From Verrucomicrobiota bacterium (GTDB lineage: Bacteria; Verrucomicrobiota; Kiritimatiellia; RFP12; UBA1067): 64,000 bases of DNA. Shown piece after piece: positions 9,763-19,851 of this stretch. Position numbers and translations under genes: made by a program. The stretch is from NCBI GenBank assembly GCA_050874585.1, contig JBNMKZ010000005.1:4199-68198 (forward strand), read 5' to 3'. Below the pieces are notes generated by a model, which saw nothing but the letters and a program-made list of their open reading frames with translations, made no database searches and was not told the origin of the DNA. Position 1 is the stretch's first letter. The number at the start of each line of letters is the position of its first letter.

Positions 9763-10191
9763 TCAATCGAGCGAAAGATCTTCGCCGTACTCGAACTCCT
9801 TCTTCGGCGGAAGCGGCTTGATTTCTGGCGGAGTCACGGACTTCGTGCTCGTGTCGGACGCCACGCCAACGGACTCCCCCGATGCCGCGCCCGTCGCCTT
9901 TGCCGTCCCATTCGTCGCGACGATGGCCTTCATCTGCTCCGCCTTGGCGGCCTCTTCGGCGGCTTTTGCCTCGGCAGCCACTTTCCGCCGCGTTTCCTCT
10001 GCTTCACGCGCCTGCTGGGACTTCACCGCATTGATGTAGGAAGGCGAATGGACACCGTATGTCGCCCAGTCGCGATAGAGCGAGACGGACGTCACACCAA
10101 TCAGCAGGATGTGCACGATGACGGACAGGACAAGCGCCCGTCCAAAGATTGAACGCTCAATGCCAACGACGAGTTCATCGGGTGTCTTCAT
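9763..10191 (-). CDS. Membrane-anchored protein with a TonB/TolA-like N-terminus; no TonB C-terminal domain
   Basis: A single N-terminal TM helix (LVLSVIVHILLIGV) is followed by a K/A/E-rich stretch and PPEIKPLPPKK. At 142 aa it is too short to hold a TonB C-terminal domain. It is adjacent to exbD. Confidence 0.45.
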   Translation of the reverse strand: MKTPDELVVGIERSIFGRALVLSVIVHILLIGVTSVSLYRDWATYGVHSPSYINAVKSQQAREAEETRRKVAAEAKAAEEAAKAEQMKAIVATNGTAKATGAASGESVGVASDTSTKSVTPPEIKPLPPKKEFEYGEDLSLD

Positions 10192-10193
10192 GT

Positions 10194-10592
10194 CTATTCC
10201 TCCGAATCTCCGATCAAAACCATTTTCGCACCGCTTTCGCTGATCGCCTCGATGAGCGGCATAAAATCCTTCTTGAGCAGTCCCCTGTCGATCGTCACAT
10301 GGACGGAGAGATCGCGGTTGTTCTCGGTGAGTGCCCGCAAGGCCTCCGTCACCTCGGATGCGCTAACTTTCTGACCTTCGTACCAGATGGCACCATCCTT
10401 GTCCATCATCACGGAACTCTTGGCCGCCTCCTGCTTTTCAAGTCCCTCTGCCCGCGCCCGATCAAGTTCGACATTACCCGTCTTCATGAAGTTTGAGGCC
10501 AGCATGAAGAAGATAATCAAAAGGAACGCGATGTCGCCCATTGAGGTGAGCGGCAGAACGAGGCTCGGCTTCTTTCTTCTCCTAATTGCCAT
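10194..10592 (-). CDS. exbD: ExbD/TolR biopolymer transport protein
   Basis: 132 aa with an N-terminal TM helix (DIAFLLIIFFML) and an ExbD-like periplasmic domain. Confidence 0.8.
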   Translation of the reverse strand: MAIRRRKKPSLVLPLTSMGDIAFLLIIFFMLASNFMKTGNVELDRARAEGLEKQEAAKSSVMMDKDGAIWYEGQKVSASEVTEALRALTENNRDLSVHVTIDRGLLKKDFMPLIEAISESGAKMVLIGDSEE

Positions 10593-10594
10593 GT

Positions 10595-11014
10595 CTACTC
10601 GCTCATAATGGCCACAACGCCACCGGCCGCGGCAATTGCCGTCGCAACCTGGTAGTACCGCTCATACGGAACATCATCCGCCGTCTCAACGACAACGGCA
10701 CGGTTCTTCTCGGAAAGTTTTGGAAAATTGCGCTTCCAGAGTTCGGCACGGAGTTCATTCATCGAAATCTCCCGCTCCTTGCGGTCGCCCTCCGACAGAA
10801 GCATCCGATCCGCCATCAACCGCACGGTCGGTGTCTCACTCTGCTGCTGGCTTTCGGGGGGCTTTGCCGACGACGGCATATCAATCTGCCGCCCAAACGG
10901 ACGGACAAGCGATGTCGTGAGGATGAAAAAGATAATCAGCAGATTCGCAATGTCGGAAAAGGACGTCAGGTCTGGGCTGACGTCTCCCGCTTGTTTTTTG
11001 CCGATTCGTGCCAT
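10595..11014 (-). CDS. exbD: ExbD/TolR biopolymer transport protein (second paralog)
   Basis: 139 aa with an N-terminal TM helix (IANLLIIFFILT) and an ExbD-like domain. Confidence 0.8.
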   Translation of the reverse strand: MARIGKKQAGDVSPDLTSFSDIANLLIIFFILTTSLVRPFGRQIDMPSSAKPPESQQQSETPTVRLMADRMLLSEGDRKEREISMNELRAELWKRNFPKLSEKNRAVVVETADDVPYERYYQVATAIAAAGGVVAIMSE

Positions 11015-11038
11015 AAGTACGGGAATGTGTCGGGCGAA

Positions 11039-11671
11039 TTAGGCGCCTATCGCCTGCACAAGGTCGGCGACGGACGATTCCAACTGCGTATTCCAGTCTT
11101 CAATCCGCCGCTGGAACATATTGTAGGCCACGACACCCGGTATTGCGATAATCAGTCCCGCCGCCGTCGTAATGAGAGCCTCGGAAATGCCGCCGGCAAC
11201 TGCCCCCGGGTCAAGTCCTGCCGCCTCGGCCATGACGGAAAATGAGTTAATCATGCCCGTCACAGTTCCACACATCCCCAAAAGCGGCGCAATGGACGAA
11301 ATAAGCACCAGCGTCCCAAGCCGCTTCTCAAGGCCATTCATCGCCTTCGGCGCATAGTCTTCCATCGCCTTTGAGACACCCGCCTCGATTTCGGACTCGG
11401 CCTTCCCCTTTTCCTTCATGTGCTGATAGCGGTTCAACCCCGTCAGAAGGACGGCGGCAACCGGGCCTTCCTCAGTCTCGCAAGCGGAAACAGCCGCCGC
11501 GACGTCACCGTCCGCAACCGATTCACGCACAACCTTACGCAACTTTGCCGCGTCACCCTTCGAAGCCGCACGAAAGGCTCGTGCACGATCGATGATGACC
11601 GCCACAAGAACGACTGAACAGACCAGCAGCGGGAGCATCATCCATCCGCCGTCCATCAAATATCCCATCAT
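11039..11671 (-). CDS. exbB: MotA/TolQ/ExbB proton-channel protein
   Basis: Three TM helices and the TolQ/ExbB C-terminal motif GTVTGMINSF...AIPGVVAYN. The ATG ATG is at 11666-11671, preceded by AAGGAGA. Confidence 0.8.
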   Translation of the reverse strand: MMGYLMDGGWMMLPLLVCSVVLVAVIIDRARAFRAASKGDAAKLRKVVRESVADGDVAAAVSACETEEGPVAAVLLTGLNRYQHMKEKGKAESEIEAGVSKAMEDYAPKAMNGLEKRLGTLVLISSIAPLLGMCGTVTGMINSFSVMAEAAGLDPGAVAGGISEALITTAAGLIIAIPGVVAYNMFQRRIEDWNTQLESSVADLVQAIGA

Positions 11672-11711
11672 GATTGAGGTGTCTCCTTGTCTTTCCAATT
11701 AGATTGGCAAG

Positions 11712-11741
11712 ATTATACCATCCTCCTATCCCGAAGGTCAA
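11712..11741 (-). promoter_or_regulatory. Sigma70-like promoter for the exbB operon: TTGACC-N18-TATAAT
   Basis: On the minus strand, TATAAT is the reverse complement of 11712-11717 and TTGACC of 11736-11741. This lies about 40 nt upstream of the exbB ATG. Confidence 0.45.
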
Positions 11742-11939
11742 GTGCCCAAAATCGCCTCTCGTGGATGGAAAATCCCAAAAGTTCTAAGTGCAATTCAACC
11801 GCGCCCTAACTGCAACTCGCCAAAGCCCCAACTATCAAATCCTCACAGACAAAGGACGACGCGGCAGCCACAAAAGAGAAATCCCCCGAACGCGGCATCG
11901 CCATCGCCCGGGGAACTCCTCGTCCGCATCCGTGAGAGA

Positions 11940-12836
11940 TTAGGAATGGGGAACGTAGGGAATGCTGATGTAGGCAGCGGCGCGAAGACGGTCAAGCCAG
12001 GCCTCGTAAATCTTCTTCGCCTTCGCCTCCTTCACATTCGCAACGATGTCATCGTAGGCCTCGGTGAACGAACGCTTCCGTGCCGCCGACTCCGCGTCCT
12101 TTCGGATAAGGAAGTTCCAGCCGTCGAGTTCAATCCACTTGCCGACCTTGCCAACAGCCGTCCGTTCGATTTCAGCACAGACCTCGGGGCGGAACGACTC
12201 CTCTGGGTTGACATCCTTCCAAACGCCACCCTTCGCCGCGTTCACATCGGCCGAATAGCGCCGCGCCACGTCAGCGAACGGCTCATCCTTGAGCGCCGCA
12301 TCGACTTTCTCACGCTTCTCGGCATCCTCTGGCTTCAGCAGAATGACCGAAACGGTGACCAAACGACCCAAGGCGTAGCGTTCAGGATGTCCCGCATACT
12401 CCGCACGGACTTCGGCCGGTGACGCGGTGACGTTCTTGTCGACGACCTGCCAGCGCATGGCGGAGACAATCATGTCCTCGCGAATGCGTTGCCGCCATTC
12501 GGGATAGGAAATCTTCTGCCGCGCCAGTGCCTCCATGAGCCGGTTCCGGTCGCCATTGAACATCTGGGCGATGAGTTCCCGGATGCGGTTGTCGATAACC
12601 CACTCCTGAATCGTCATCTTCGAGGCTTCGGCCGCCTTGACGATGAGCTTGCGCTCAATCATGTCGTTCCGAACCTCATCGAAGCGGGAGGCATCCGCCC
12701 CCATTCGGCGAAGCTCATTGATGACGTCACTCCTCAGAATGACGGCCGTATCGACCTTCGCCGCGATGCCGTCGACACCGACGGCAACAGCGGCGGAAGC
12801 GAGAAGCCCAAGCGCAAGCGCAACTTCAATCTTCAT
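11940..12836 (-). CDS. Parvulin-type peptidyl-prolyl cis-trans isomerase (SurA/PrsA-like) with signal peptide
   Basis: The ATG is at 12834-12836 (MKIEVALALGLLASAAVA). A SurA-N-like helical region is followed by a parvulin domain (GGVWKDV..GKVGKWIELDGWNFLIRK). The long upstream ORF extension is Arg-rich junk. Confidence 0.7.
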   Translation of the reverse strand: MKIEVALALGLLASAAVAVGVDGIAAKVDTAVILRSDVINELRRMGADASRFDEVRNDMIERKLIVKAAEASKMTIQEWVIDNRIRELIAQMFNGDRNRLMEALARQKISYPEWRQRIREDMIVSAMRWQVVDKNVTASPAEVRAEYAGHPERYALGRLVTVSVILLKPEDAEKREKVDAALKDEPFADVARRYSADVNAAKGGVWKDVNPEESFRPEVCAEIERTAVGKVGKWIELDGWNFLIRKDAESAARKRSFTEAYDDIVANVKEAKAKKIYEAWLDRLRAAAYISIPYVPHS

Positions 12837-12843
12837 TCGACCC

Positions 12844-14130
12844 TCACAGCATGGCCGCAATCGCGGCACCCACCATCGGCGCGTCATCGACCTGCGGCGT
12901 AATCTCATAGTGGACATTGCGCCGCTTGACGAGCAGTTCGTCGAGCTCGCGCTTGACCGTCTCGGCAAACGAGACAGCACGCGTCTTGTAGTAAGTCGAG
13001 CCGTCCGCATTGATTGCCACGGGGACGGCCGCCTCAACACCGCCGCCCGTCTTGATGACGAACGCCGCCAGATGAACCGCCGTGTAGATTGCCGCACGCT
13101 CAAAGACCGGCAGGCCAAGGCGACGCGCAATCTTCGCATCCGCCTCATCCGCAAAAATCGCATCCAGCGGATTGGCGCGGCCCTCCTTCTTGTAGTTCGC
13201 GACAAAATTGTCGAAGTCCATCGTCTCAAGGGAGGCAAGGCCCGCAATCTTATCCGCCGCGGCCTTCGTAAAGAAGCCCTCCTTCGCCGCCATCTTGTAG
13301 AGTTCCAGCCCAATCGGCCCAAGGTAGCCGCCCGAAATCATCTTCTCGAAGACGTGGTTGCCGGTATCAATCTGCTTCGCATCCATCGCGAGGTCGAACT
13401 TGCTGCGCCCGACCTTGTTGAAGTTGCCCGACTCGGCGTTGATGATCATCGAACCTTCCGCGTCAAGCCCCTCCATCTTGCGGATGTTCGCGTTCTTCTC
13501 GACGTAGGCGGCATTCGTGCCCGTGCCAAGGATGAACCCGATATAGGAGGAATAGGTACGGTCGCCTTCGGTCGCCTTCGCCGCAAGGAGCGTTGCCACG
13601 GTGTCGTTCACAATGGCAATCGAACCGCCACCCATGCGCTTGAGAAGCTCACGGCCCACGTACTGCCCGACAATGCCCGGCGCACGAATGCCCTTCGTCC
13701 ACGACAGGAGCTTCGCATCCAAATCGGGTGTCGCCTCGGCCGGATAGGAGAAGCAGAAGCCAAGCTTCTTGACGGTCGCCTTCGGCATGACGCGGGCGGC
13801 TTCGGCCGCAAACGCCCCATAGAACGCCTCGTCGTCCACCTCGCCCTTCGTCCCGGGCATCGGCTGGTTCACCTTGTCTTCCACGCACGGCGGAATCGAG
13901 ACGATGGCCGAACGGAAGTTCGTGCCGCCCGCATCGAGGACGGCCGCCTTCGCGCCCTGCGGCACCTTGCCGTCCACGCCCACGTAGGTCGGGATCATCC
14001 GAAGCGAGGATTCCTCCCCGGCGAGGCCCTTCTCCATCTCGGAAAGGAACGCGGCAATCAGACCCGCACGGTCAATCTCGTTGGCCAGCGGAAGGTCATT
14101 CTCCCTCAGGAATTCTTCAGGCGTCTTCAT
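12844..14130 (-). CDS. Hexokinase-family sugar kinase
   Basis: LDAGGTNFR and LGFCFSYP motifs resemble the hexokinase LDLGGTNFR and LGFTFSFP. The size (428 aa) fits. The gene overlaps rsmA by 14 nt. Confidence 0.75.
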   Translation of the reverse strand: MKTPEEFLRENDLPLANEIDRAGLIAAFLSEMEKGLAGEESSLRMIPTYVGVDGKVPQGAKAAVLDAGGTNFRSAIVSIPPCVEDKVNQPMPGTKGEVDDEAFYGAFAAEAARVMPKATVKKLGFCFSYPAEATPDLDAKLLSWTKGIRAPGIVGQYVGRELLKRMGGGSIAIVNDTVATLLAAKATEGDRTYSSYIGFILGTGTNAAYVEKNANIRKMEGLDAEGSMIINAESGNFNKVGRSKFDLAMDAKQIDTGNHVFEKMISGGYLGPIGLELYKMAAKEGFFTKAAADKIAGLASLETMDFDNFVANYKKEGRANPLDAIFADEADAKIARRLGLPVFERAAIYTAVHLAAFVIKTGGGVEAAVPVAINADGSTYYKTRAVSFAETVKRELDELLVKRRNVHYEITPQVDDAPMVGAAIAAML

Positions 14131-14935
14131 TGGTTTTCATCAGTCCTTTTACAAGATTTATCCAGTCTTCGTTCGAGAGCTCCTCGGCCCTCGCCGTAGA
14201 TTGTATCATATCTTTGAAGATGCTGCCAAGCTGCTTGCGGCGATGTGAGAAGGCCGTCTTGGTCAGACTATGGAAAAGTTTGCGCTCTTCCGCCGAAAAT
14301 GTGCAGTTTCGCTCATGGCGAACAAGACGGACAACGCTGGAGCCAATCTCGGGGCGCGGCCAGAAGCAGCTTGCCGCGACCTTGCGCACGACACTGACGT
14401 CGTAGTCGAGCTGCGCCCAGACGCCCGCGAGTCCGCGCGTCTTCGACCCCTCCTTCGCCGCGAGACGCTCCGCCACCTCGCTCTGGACGAGCACCGTCAT
14501 CACCGGAATCGTCCGCGCCTGCACGAGTTCGAGCAAAATACGCGTCCCGGCCTGATAGGGCAGATTCGAGACAAGCGCATCGAATGCGCCGATGTCGGGA
14601 CGCGCAATCCAGTCGAGCGCATCCCCCTCAACGACCGTCAGACCCGCCGGATGGCCCAGTGCCTCCGCCAGCCGCGCCGCAAGAACCGGATCCTTCTCAA
14701 CGGCGACAACCTGCGCCCCCCGGTTGAGCAGTTCCTCCGTGAGAACGCCCAGTCCCGGGCCAATCTCAAGGATGCGCCGCCCCTGTGGCGCACCGACCTT
14801 CTCAAGCCCCGCATCCACAATCGAGACCAGCGCATTGCGGTCGATGAGAAAGTTCTGACCCATCGTGCGATTCGGATGGAAGTCGTGTTCAATGCACCAG
14901 GCCTTTACCTGGCTCGGACTCGTCAAGTTCATCAT
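14117..14935 (-). CDS. rsmA: 16S rRNA (adenine1518/1519-N6)-dimethyltransferase
   Basis: KsgA motifs GQNFLID, EIGPGLG and NLPY. Its ATG overlaps the asmA-like stop (ATGA). Confidence 0.85.
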   Translation of the reverse strand: MMNLTSPSQVKAWCIEHDFHPNRTMGQNFLIDRNALVSIVDAGLEKVGAPQGRRILEIGPGLGVLTEELLNRGAQVVAVEKDPVLAARLAEALGHPAGLTVVEGDALDWIARPDIGAFDALVSNLPYQAGTRILLELVQARTIPVMTVLVQSEVAERLAAKEGSKTRGLAGVWAQLDYDVSVVRKVAASCFWPRPEIGSSVVRLVRHERNCTFSAEERKLFHSLTKTAFSHRRKQLGSIFKDMIQSTARAEELSNEDWINLVKGLMKTNEDA

Positions 14936-16767
14936 AGGATCCTGTCAATGACGCTGATGTATTCCCACTGCGGGTTGTCGAGCGAACCCGTCACCTTGAA
15001 TTCAAGCAAGAGTTTCGAGAATGTCCACATAATCGGACGAATCAAGAAGCGTCCAAGGAACGAGTCGTCCTTCATGAAGCGAACGCGCACCGAGAAGTCG
15101 AGATTGTCCCGCACGATGTCGTACGTCCCCTCCGCCAAAATCGAGAAGAGCGCACCCTCAATGCGGACATTCTGGGTGGACAGCACGCCGTTCGTAATCG
15201 CAAAGTCGGCCGAACCTTCCGACTGGTCAACGATGGAGGAGACACCGGGGATCTTATCCGCCAGCAAATCGGTCAGACCGGCGAAAAGGCGCATCTGGGC
15301 GAGCTTGCCGTCCCAGACGTTGACGCGCCCGCGTCCGTTGAGACGCGCCGTGAAGTTGGTTGCAACCGGGCCGGAAAGTTCAAGATGTCCCGCGACCTTG
15401 CCGTGCCGATCGCCGAAGTCCTCGCCAAACCACTCCTCAAGCTCGGCTATCGAGCCGTTCGCATAGTCCAGCACGACATGGAAGTCGGCCCGCGCGGCAT
15501 CCCGCTCCGGGATGTTGATCTCGGCCGACCCGAGCAGGGCACCGTCCTGCGATCCGCGTGCCGTCACATTGGAGAACGACACCGTGTCCCCAACGTAGGC
15601 ATAGGACAATTCGACATGGCGCACGGGCATACCGAAGAACGACCCCTTCTCAAACGCGGCCGTCCCGTGCAGGTCGTTGGACTGCGGATGCCGCTCATCC
15701 GCCGCGAGCGTTCCCCGAATGGTGACCCGCGGATCCGTCTCGCACGTGAGGCAGTCGAGCGTACCATCGTTCAGATAGCCGACAATATCGAGCGCGGACT
15801 TGAACGGCAGTTCGCTCCGTGCATCAAACGCGACGACGATATCCACACCGTTTGTGCAGCGTATCGTCACGCCGCCGTCCAAGCGACGCCCCTTGCGGTC
15901 GATGGACGTCAGCGGTCCGACGCTAACGGCATACTCAAGCCATCCCTCATGAATCTGAGAATGGATGCCAAGCTTGCCATCCGCCCGCACCATGGGCACA
16001 CCGTTGTAGCGGCCCATCTCGGGATGGAGGTCGAGGTCGAGGGTAAAGTCGAGCGTATTGAGGTCGACATTCCAGCGACAGCTCGCCGGGACGGGGCTTG
16101 GAATGCCTGTAAAGGCATCCATATAGGGGAGCGAGACCGGGAGATCAAGCGCCACAAGAAGCGGGCGAATCTGCGACTGGGTCGCAAGGCCCCGCACCTC
16201 ACCGCTGACGCGTCGCTCTTCCAAGTCGACGGCGCAGGAGCCATCCAGCGACATCTGCCCCGTTCGATCGGGCCAGTCTAAATGAACATTCCGAACATCC
16301 AGTCGCGTCGGCAGCGAAACGACGGTTCCCTTGACGCGCTCGGGCGCGACACCAAGAATGACGGGACGCACCAAAATGAGATCGAATGTCGGCAGGCGCG
16401 GAAAGGCAACCCCGTCCAACCCCGTCCGAACAGCACTGGGCGATGAATAGCCAGGGGCGTAGTAGGAGTCGGGCAGGCGCGCGTACCGAGCCCCGACAAC
16501 GGTCACCCGCCGCGCCAGCGGCTGGACAAGAACGGATTCCGCCGCCGCCAGCGGCTCAAAGGTCTCACGCTTGTCGCGGTCATAGACCTTCAGACCCGAC
16601 ATCCGAAGTCCCGCCCGAAAACCCAGTGAAGCCGAATCGCAATGGAGAACAAGATTCGTCGGCGCATGATCCGCGAAAAGCCTCTCAATCCACTCCCCGG
16701 GAATGCGCTCTGTACGGAAGAAGAGCGACCCCAGATAAAGACAAAGGACGACGAAGGTCCACTTCAT
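14932..16767 (-). CDS. AsmA-family outer-membrane assembly protein
   Basis: The ATG is at 16765-16767 (MKWTFVVLCLYLGSLFF, a signal anchor). The body is long and beta-rich. The C-terminal region (FSVRVRF..PIMWTFSKLLLEFKVTGSLDNPQW) is AsmA-C-like. The ORF-track N-terminus reads through the tRNA genes. Confidence 0.55.
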   Translation of the reverse strand: MKWTFVVLCLYLGSLFFRTERIPGEWIERLFADHAPTNLVLHCDSASLGFRAGLRMSGLKVYDRDKRETFEPLAAAESVLVQPLARRVTVVGARYARLPDSYYAPGYSSPSAVRTGLDGVAFPRLPTFDLILVRPVILGVAPERVKGTVVSLPTRLDVRNVHLDWPDRTGQMSLDGSCAVDLEERRVSGEVRGLATQSQIRPLLVALDLPVSLPYMDAFTGIPSPVPASCRWNVDLNTLDFTLDLDLHPEMGRYNGVPMVRADGKLGIHSQIHEGWLEYAVSVGPLTSIDRKGRRLDGGVTIRCTNGVDIVVAFDARSELPFKSALDIVGYLNDGTLDCLTCETDPRVTIRGTLAADERHPQSNDLHGTAAFEKGSFFGMPVRHVELSYAYVGDTVSFSNVTARGSQDGALLGSAEINIPERDAARADFHVVLDYANGSIAELEEWFGEDFGDRHGKVAGHLELSGPVATNFTARLNGRGRVNVWDGKLAQMRLFAGLTDLLADKIPGVSSIVDQSEGSADFAITNGVLSTQNVRIEGALFSILAEGTYDIVRDNLDFSVRVRFMKDDSFLGRFLIRPIMWTFSKLLLEFKVTGSLDNPQWEYISVIDRIL

Positions 16768-16808
16768 CGTCCGAACTATGACTCTTATGACTTTTTTCAC
16801 GCCGTTAT

Positions 16809-16883
16809 TGGCAGCCCCTAGGAGAGTCGAACTCCTCTTACCTGGATGAGAACCAGATGTCCTAGCCGATAGACGAAGGGGCC
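16809..16883 (-). tRNA. tRNA-Glu (anticodon CTC)
   Basis: Hand-folded cloverleaf: acceptor GGCCCCT/AGGGGCT, D-stem GTCT/GGAC, anticodon loop TTCTCAT, T-arm AGGAG-TTCGACT-CTCCT and an encoded CCA. Confidence 0.75.
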
Positions 16884-16890
16884 AGCTTCT

Positions 16891-16975
16891 TGGTGCACCC
16901 GGTGGGATTTGAACCCACACACCTTGCGGCACCAGAACCTGAATCTGGCGTGTATGCCAATTTCACCACGGGTGC
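16891..16975 (-). tRNA. tRNA-Leu (anticodon CAG), class II with a long variable arm
   Basis: Acceptor GCACCCG/CGGGTGC, anticodon loop TTCAGGT, a long extra arm, T-loop GGTTCAAATCC and CCA. 85 nt. Confidence 0.8.
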
Positions 16976-16984
16976 AACGGTTGG

Positions 16985-17015
16985 ATAGTATCTCATATTT
17001 CTCTCAGAGTGTCAA
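16985..17015 (-). promoter_or_regulatory. Possible tRNA-Leu/Glu promoter: TTGACA-N19-TACTAT
   Basis: On the minus strand, TTGACA is the reverse complement of 17010-17015 and TACTAT of 16985-16990. The -10 element ends about 10 nt before the mature tRNA 5' end. Confidence 0.35.
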
Positions 17016-17019
17016 CCCC

Positions 17020-17075
17020 CCACCCTAAAGTTTAGCCGCCTTTCGTGCGAAAGCGCACAAAAGGCGGCTAAACCT
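17020..17075 (-). terminator. Nested hairpin terminator after clpB
   Basis: GTTTAGCCGCCTTTTGTGCGCTTTCGCACGAAAGGCGGCTAAAC on the minus strand, followed by TTTAGGG. It lies immediately downstream of the clpB stop at 17108. Confidence 0.5.
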
Positions 17076-17107
17076 ATTTATTTCTCGCACTCTTGCGGCG
17101 AGAAATT

Positions 17108-19183
<2,076 letters not shown>

Positions 19184-19325
19184 AATCAATTCTCCTTCGT
19201 GGAGGAAACTCCACACCTGAGAATCAGCACAGCGTATGCCAGCCAGCCGACCCCGTCCCCACGCGCCCTTTCAGCATCGGTTGCGGGACAAGTTGTCCCA
19301 CACCCGGCAATCCTGACACACCGCG

Positions 19326-19772
19326 CTACTTCCGCGTTCCCCGCGTCCGTCCCTGCGCATCGCGATAGGTTGTGCGCCCGTTGCGGTCCGTCGTCGCACT
19401 GCCCATGTTTCGCCCCTGCGCGTCGCGGTAAGTCGTGCGCCCATTGCGGTCCGTCGTCGCACTGCCCATGTTCCGCCCCTGCGCGTCGCGGTAAGTCGTG
19501 CGCCCATTGCGGTCCGTCGTCGCACTGCCCATGTTCCGCCCCTGCGCGTCGCGGTAGGTCGTGCGCCCGTTGCGGTCCGTCGTCGCACTGCCCATGTTCC
19601 GCCCCTGCGCATCGCGGTAGGTCGTACGCCCGTTGCGGTCCGTCGTCGCACTGCCCATGTTCCGCCCCTGCGCATCACGGAAGACCTGCCGACCCGTCGT
19701 CGCCCCTTCTGCGGAGGTGAGGCAGGCCACCAGGCCGACGATGACAAGCGTACACGTGAGAATTCGATTCAT
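19326..19772 (-). CDS. Small lipoprotein made of five tandem 21-aa repeats (YRDAQGRNMGSATTDRNGRTT)
   Basis: The ATG is at 19770-19772. The signal peptide has a lipobox (MNRILTCTLVIVGLVACLTS). It is followed by 5.5 near-identical 21-aa units. The long upstream extension in the ORF track is non-coding. Confidence 0.6.
   Translation of the reverse strand: MNRILTCTLVIVGLVACLTSAEGATTGRQVFRDAQGRNMGSATTDRNGRTTYRDAQGRNMGSATTDRNGRTTYRDAQGRNMGSATTDRNGRTTYRDAQGRNMGSATTDRNGRTTYRDAQGRNMGSATTDRNGRTTYRDAQGRTRGTRK
19350..19700. repeat. Tandem direct repeat, 63-bp unit x about 5.5, about 95% identical, in frame within the lipoprotein CDS
   Basis: The unit ...CCATTGCGGTCCGTCGTCGCACTGCCCATGTTCCGCCCCTGCGCGTCGCGGTAAGTCGTGCGC... 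is visibly repeated on lines 19321-19700. Confidence 0.85.
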
Positions 19773-19851
19773 TTGACTTATCCTTTCCTTTTGTTGTCTA
19801 CTCCGTAAGGAAGCCAAGCGAAACGATTCTGACAGACTTTTTTTGCCGCGC

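Noticed and set aside
9763-10191. Calling the 142-aa ORF a bona fide TonB
   Set aside because: It has the N-terminal anchor and a Pro/Lys-rich stretch but is too short to contain the ~90-aa TonB C-terminal domain. It is annotated only as TonB/TolA-like.
11940-13322. 460-aa version of the PPIase ORF with a 160-aa Arg-rich N-terminal extension
   Set aside because: The extension is R/S/T low-complexity sequence running through the downstream hexokinase gene region. A proper ATG at 12836 gives a signal peptide and a sensible SurA/parvulin architecture.
14932-16932. Long form of the AsmA-like ORF starting at 16932
   Set aside because: The first 55 codons are read-through of tRNA-Glu and tRNA-Leu (for example VWVQIPPGAP is translated tRNA). 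The real start is the ATG at 16767.
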